From the NCBI GenBank assembly GCA_963713435.1, contig CAVQLU010000007.1, positions 601,960-665,959 of the forward strand: a stretch of DNA of 64,000 nt. The letters run 5' to 3'. Shown here piece by piece: positions 60,143-64,000 of this stretch (positions are counted from its first letter, which is position 1; every line of letters starts with the position of its first letter). The notes beneath the pieces are model-generated. The model was not told the DNA's origin. It was given only the letters and a program-made list of their open reading frames with translations, and made no database searches. The translations under genes were made by a program, and so were the position numbers. The DNA is from an uncultured Actinomycetes bacterium (GTDB lineage Bacteria; Actinomycetota; Thermoleophilia; Gaiellales; JALYLC01).

Positions 60143-60556
60143 ATGAGAGCGCCCGCGAAAGCTCTGGAAGTTCCGCGGTGTGCGCGCATCCGCGTCGTCA
60201 TAGCCTTGCCGCACACGCGGTTGCGCGAGGCGGTGTCGACCGCTCTGCACTCGACGCCCGCAATCCTCGTGGTTGCGCAGACCGTGGACGTCGGACGCGC
60301 GATCGAGTCCGCGCGCACCACCAGGCCCGACGTCGTCCTGCTCGGCACCTCGCTGCTCGCAGGAGACGTGGCCGAGGGCGTCGTCGAGATCGCCCGCGCG
60401 CTCGACGGCGTTCCCCTGGTCATGGCCGGTCACGAGGACAGCGTCGCGTACGTGACCGCCGTCATGGCCGCCGGCGCTGCCGCGTACGTCCCGCTGCAAG
60501 GCGACGCGGACACATTGGCACAGGTACTCCGATGCGCCGCGGAAATGCACCCGTAG
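60143..60556 (+). CDS. Stand-alone receiver-like domain lacking the phospho-acceptor residues (pseudo-receiver).
   Basis: The 137-aa ORF has a CheY-like beta/alpha periodicity. The acidic pair reads AL (RVVIALPH). The acceptor position reads G (DVVLLGTSL). The conserved Lys position reads P (AAYVPL). Confidence 0.55.
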   Translation: MRAPAKALEVPRCARIRVVIALPHTRLREAVSTALHSTPAILVVAQTVDVGRAIESARTTRPDVVLLGTSLLAGDVAEGVVEIARALDGVPLVMAGHEDSVAYVTAVMAAGAAAYVPLQGDADTLAQVLRCAAEMHP

Positions 60557-60581
60557 CGACCTGGCAGGCAAGCGGCCGACC

Positions 60582-62360
60582 ATGTGCGCGCCCGACCCGG
60601 TGGTGGCGCCCACGGCGTATACACTCGCTTGCTCAGTGTCTCATTCGCCGCTGGATGAGCCGCGCCTGCGGAGGTTGCTCGACGTTGGCCGTGCTCTTGT
60701 CGCCGAGCTCGACCCCGACTCGGTCCTGCGCACGGTTCTCGACGCCGCGTGCGAGCTCACGGGCGCCCGCTACGCAGCGATCGGCATCCTGACCGCCGAT
60801 CGGATGTCGCTCGAGCGCTTCGTGACCCGCGGCATCGACGCGGAAACCCAGCGCGAGATCGGGGATCTGCCGCGTGGAAGAGGCGTCCTCGGCGTGCTGA
60901 TCGACGATCCGAGACCGCTGCGGCTGGCGGATGTCGGCCAGCATGCGAAGTCCTACGGCTTTCCGATCGGGCATCCGCCCATGAAGAGCTTCCTCGGTGT
61001 CCCGCTGGTGATCCGCGGGGAAGCCTGGGGCAACCTGTACCTCACCGAGAAAGCCGAGGGCGAGTTCGACGAAGCGGACGAGGAAGTGATCCTCGCCCTC
61101 GCCGGCTGGGCTGCGACCGCAATCGAGAATGCACGCCTGCACCGCAGCGAGCGCGCACGCCGCGACGAGTTGGAACGTGCTGTGCGTGGTCTCGAGGCCA
61201 CGACGGAGATCGCCCGCGCGGTTGGCGGCGAGACGCGCCTCGACCGGGTGCTCGAGTTGATCGTCAAGCGCGGCCGTGCGCTGGTCGAGGCTCGTGGCAT
61301 GGTGATCATGCTGGCCGAGGCCGACGACCTCGTCATCACCGCCGTGGCCGGCCAGATCGACGGCGCGCTCGTGGGAACTCGCCTCGCCGTTGCGGATTCG
61401 GCGGGCGGAGCCGTGTTGCGTTCCCGCAAGCCGGAACGGATCACGGACGCCTCGTCGCGGCTGCGGTTCGCCCTCGCCGAGATGGCCGATGCCGAAGCCG
61501 GGCTGATCGTCCCGCTGGTCTTCCACGGCCGGGCGGTCGGCGTGCTCGAGGCGTTCGACCGGCTCAGTGGTGGGCCCGCGTTCTCGAGCGAGGACGAGGC
61601 GCTCATGGGGGCCTTCGCCGCGAGCGCCGCCACGGCGGTCGCCACCGCCCAGAACGTCGCGGCCCAGACCTTGCGACGAAGCATCGACTCTTCCGAGCGA
61701 GAACGCGCTCGCTGGGCGCGCGACCTGCACGATGAGACGCTGCAGGAGCTGAGCGCGCTCAAGATCGCACTCAGTTCCGGCCAGCGCACGCCGGACGCCG
61801 AAGCCCTGCGAGCATCTATCGCCACGGCGATCGAGTACAGCGAGCACGCCATCAGGGGACTGCGGGAGATCATCAGCGACCTGCGCCCGGCCGCTCTCGA
61901 TGCGCTCGGCACCCAGGCTGCCGTCGAGACGCTCGTCGAGCGCGCCCGCTCGCGCTCCGGCCTTGCGATCGAATGCACGATCGAGCTGGAGTACGAGTCC
62001 GGGCGAGCCGCCACGCGGCATACCGAGGCGCTCGAGGCCGGGATCTACCGAGTCACTCAGGAAGCCATCAGCAACGCCGTCAAGCACGCTCACGCGTCGC
62101 ACCTGGCGATCAGCCTCAGCGAGGATGGCGAGGTCGTCGCGCTCTCCGTCGAGGACGACGGCTGCGGGTTTGACATCGCCGAACAGGATGCTGCGGGCTT
62201 CGGGCTGGTCGGCATGCGGGAGCGAGTCGAGTTGCTCGGGGGCACGCTCCAGGTGACGTCGCGCTTGCAGAGCGGAACGCGGATCGACGTCGCAGTGCCG
62301 GTGCGGCGGCGGAATGCGGAGGCAGCCGAAGCCCCGTCTTCGGAGCGCGCCATCAGTTAA
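60582..62360 (+). CDS. GAF-GAF-HisKA_3-HATPase sensor histidine kinase (DevS/DosT-like).
   Basis: GAF-A block: HAKSYGFPIGHPPMKSFLGVPL..GNLYLTEK..F. A second GAF domain follows. The H-box is WARDLHDETLQEL, and the ATPase blocks are QEAISNAVKHA and DDGCGF...GFGLVGMRERV. Confidence 0.88.
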   Translation: MCAPDPVVAPTAYTLACSVSHSPLDEPRLRRLLDVGRALVAELDPDSVLRTVLDAACELTGARYAAIGILTADRMSLERFVTRGIDAETQREIGDLPRGRGVLGVLIDDPRPLRLADVGQHAKSYGFPIGHPPMKSFLGVPLVIRGEAWGNLYLTEKAEGEFDEADEEVILALAGWAATAIENARLHRSERARRDELERAVRGLEATTEIARAVGGETRLDRVLELIVKRGRALVEARGMVIMLAEADDLVITAVAGQIDGALVGTRLAVADSAGGAVLRSRKPERITDASSRLRFALAEMADAEAGLIVPLVFHGRAVGVLEAFDRLSGGPAFSSEDEALMGAFAASAATAVATAQNVAAQTLRRSIDSSERERARWARDLHDETLQELSALKIALSSGQRTPDAEALRASIATAIEYSEHAIRGLREIISDLRPAALDALGTQAAVETLVERARSRSGLAIECTIELEYESGRAATRHTEALEAGIYRVTQEAISNAVKHAHASHLAISLSEDGEVVALSVEDDGCGFDIAEQDAAGFGLVGMRERVELLGGTLQVTSRLQSGTRIDVAVPVRRRNAEAAEAPSSERAIS

Positions 62361-62365
62361 CGGAG

Positions 62366-62389
62366 CACGGGGGGCGCGCGCCCGCCGTG
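62366..62389. terminator. GC-rich hairpin between the convergent kinase and cydB genes.
   Basis: CACGGGGGGCGC/GCGCCCGCCGTG is self-complementary with one mismatch. Confidence 0.5.
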
Positions 62390-62458
62390 ACTCGCCTACG
62401 GCGAGGAGCAGCAGGTCCGCCGCCGGTCGCAGGCCGCAGAGCCGGCGTCTTCCGGCGA

Positions 62459-63548
62459 TCACTCGCCGGTCGTGGCACTCGGAGCGTCCGGTGCGACCGG
62501 AGAGCAGGTCGATGGGGCTCTTGAGCGGAGCGAGATCGTCGCGGCCGATCCGGTGACGGAAGACGTGGTACGTCCAGCCCTGATACACCAGGACGACCGG
62601 CGTCAGGGCGAGTGCCACGATCGTCATCACGACGAGCGTGTAGTGGGTGGAACTCGTCGACCAGATCGTCAGGCTGTAGGCCTTCCTGGTCGAGGACACG
62701 AGCACCCGCGGGTACAGATTGAGGAAGATCGTGAGTGTCACGAGCGCGATCGTGAGGGCCGTCGCGGTGAAGGCGAGGCCGTCCTGGGCGCGCCGCACGA
62801 GGAACGGCACCGCGATCGCCAGGCCGAGGGCCGTCAGCGGAATCACGCCGGGAACGAGCCCCTTGTCATGGGCAGACTCAGCGTTCAGATAGGTCCAGAA
62901 GAGAAAGACGAACACAAGGGCTGCGGCCACGACCGAGAGCCGCCGGGCCGCTCGGCGCGAACGCTCCAGCATCTCGTCCTTCGTCTTGAGCGAGAGATAG
63001 ACGGCGCCGTGCAGCGTGAAGACCGCGAGGGTCATGAGGCCCCCGAGGAGCGCGTACGGGTTGAGCAGCGTCAGCAGCGTGCCGGTGTACTCCCCGTGCG
63101 CGTCGATCGGCACGCCTTGCAGCATGTTCGCGAACGCCACACCCCAGAGCAGCGCAGGAAGAGCGGAGCCGAAGAAGATCGCGCGATCCCACCACGCCCG
63201 CCAGCGCGCCGAATCACGCTTGCCGCGGTACTCGAAGGCGACACCGCGCACGATGAGCGCGACGAGGATCAGGAACAGCGCGAGGTAGAACCCCGAGAAC
63301 AACGTGGCGTACCAGCCGGGGAAGGCAGCGAAGGTCGCGCCGCCGGCCGTGAGGAGCCACACCTCGTTGCCGTCCCAGACCGGCCCGATCGTGTTGATCA
63401 TCACCCGCCTGTCGGTGTCGTCCTCGGACAGAAACGGCAGCAGCGTTCCGACGCCGAAATCGAATCCCTCGAGCACGAAGTAGCCGATCCAGAGGATGGC
63501 GATCAACGCGAACCACAGGACTTCCAGGTGCCAGTAGCCGGTTGGCAT
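62459..63548 (-). pseudogene. cydB: Cytochrome bd ubiquinol/menaquinol oxidase subunit II. There is no in-frame stop; the nearest plausible stop needs a frame switch near 62490.
   Basis: The first roughly 340 aa of ORF 60633..63548 read MPTGYWHLEVLWFALIAILWIGYFVLEGFDFGVG...GPVWDGNEVWLL...VYQGWTYHVFRHRI. The frame then runs on for about 1.8 kb antisense to the kinase. Confidence 0.8.
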
Positions 63549-63558
63549 CGTCGCCGCC

Positions 63559-64000
63559 TCAGTACGCCATGGAGAAGTCGTGGGCGGGCTCGGACGACGC
63601 CGGGTCGTGCGGACCGCCGGGTGCGGGCGGCTCGCTGCGCGCGTAGCGGAACATGAGCCACCCGTCGACGGCGGCCAGCAGGCCGTACAACAAGGTGAAG
63701 CCGGCGAGCGTCAGCCCGACCTCCCAGGCCGACACGCTCGGCGAGACGGCATTCGACGTCTTCAGCAGGCCCTGGACGACCCACGGCTGACGGCCCATCT
63801 CCGTGAAGATCCAGCCGCTCGCGTTCGCGAGCAGCGGCAACGCGATCGCGGCCGTCGCGACGCGCAGGTAGCGCCGCGAGGTCGCGAGGCGCCCGCGCCA
63901 GAGCAGGAGCATGCCGAGGGCCGTGATGGCGACCATCAGGAAGCCGATTCCCGTCATGATCCGGAACGTCCAGTAGGTGACGCCAACGATCGGCGCGTAG
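63559..64000 (-). CDS. cydA: Cytochrome bd oxidase subunit I, C-terminal part; the gene continues beyond the window.
   Basis: The sequence reads ...WIFTEMGRQPWVVQGLLKTSNAVSP...LLYGLLAAVDGWLMFRYA and stops at 63559, 10 nt upstream of the cydB start. Confidence 0.85.
   Translation of the reverse strand, partial: YAPIVGVTYWTFRIMTGIGFLMVAITALGMLLLWRGRLATSRRYLRVATAAIALPLLANASGWIFTEMGRQPWVVQGLLKTSNAVSPSVSAWEVGLTLAGFTLLYGLLAAVDGWLMFRYARSEPPAPGGPHDPASSEPAHDFSMAY

Noticed and set aside
36741-62360. A canonical mycobacterial DosR box (GGGACT..AGTCCC type) upstream of the USP and other island genes.
   Set aside because: A visual scan of the intergenic regions found no convincing match. GGACC-N7-GGTCC at about 35507-35523 has the wrong spacing. 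A different recurring motif is reported instead.

Overview
This is a 64-kb, visibly very GC-rich chromosomal segment with Actinomycetota-like, GC3-dominated coding. I count about 55 protein genes. I saw no rRNA, tRNA, CRISPR array, transposase or integrase. The window falls into three blocks.

(i) 1-20.8 kb. A GH38 mannosidase, a GNAT and a CUT1 sugar ABC transporter come first. Next is a copper (TPQ) amine oxidase / SDR / GH4 / methyltransferase / DapB-like operon. Then comes an aromatic-catabolism set: FAD/BBE oxidase, benzoylformate-decarboxylase-like TPP enzyme, SnoaL-like protein, intradiol dioxygenase and HpaB-family monooxygenase, followed by a LAL/LuxR regulator. Nearly every gene in this block can only be read by switching frame one to eight or more times.

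(ii) 21-36.7 kb. These genes are intact. They include a PLP (group II) decarboxylase fused to a cNMP-binding domain, lying tail-to-tail (14-bp overlap) with a Zn-ribbon / class III cyclase / AAA / TPR protein. The block also holds secreted proteins of unknown function, a lactonase-like MBL / dehydrogenase / cupin operon, and F420/flavin oxidoreductases.

(iii) 36.8-64 kb. This is a hypoxia/dormancy-style island. It carries four USP genes, a Pat-like GNAT/acyl-CoA-synthetase protein and a NarL/DevR-type response regulator. It also carries two P-type ATPases, phosphoketolase and an ABC exporter. The complete arginine deiminase pathway (arcC, arcD, arcA, arcB) is present, along with a pseudo-receiver plus GAF-GAF (DevS-like) histidine kinase, and cydBA.

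Two roughly 250-bp non-coding elements fill two convergent intergenic gaps. Both are built from GGGTC(W)GACCC palindromes at exact 20-bp phasing. Many of the longest ORFs in the supplied track are GC-driven shadow ORFs or run-on frames, not genes. All calls rest on manual translation and motif recognition; no searches were run.
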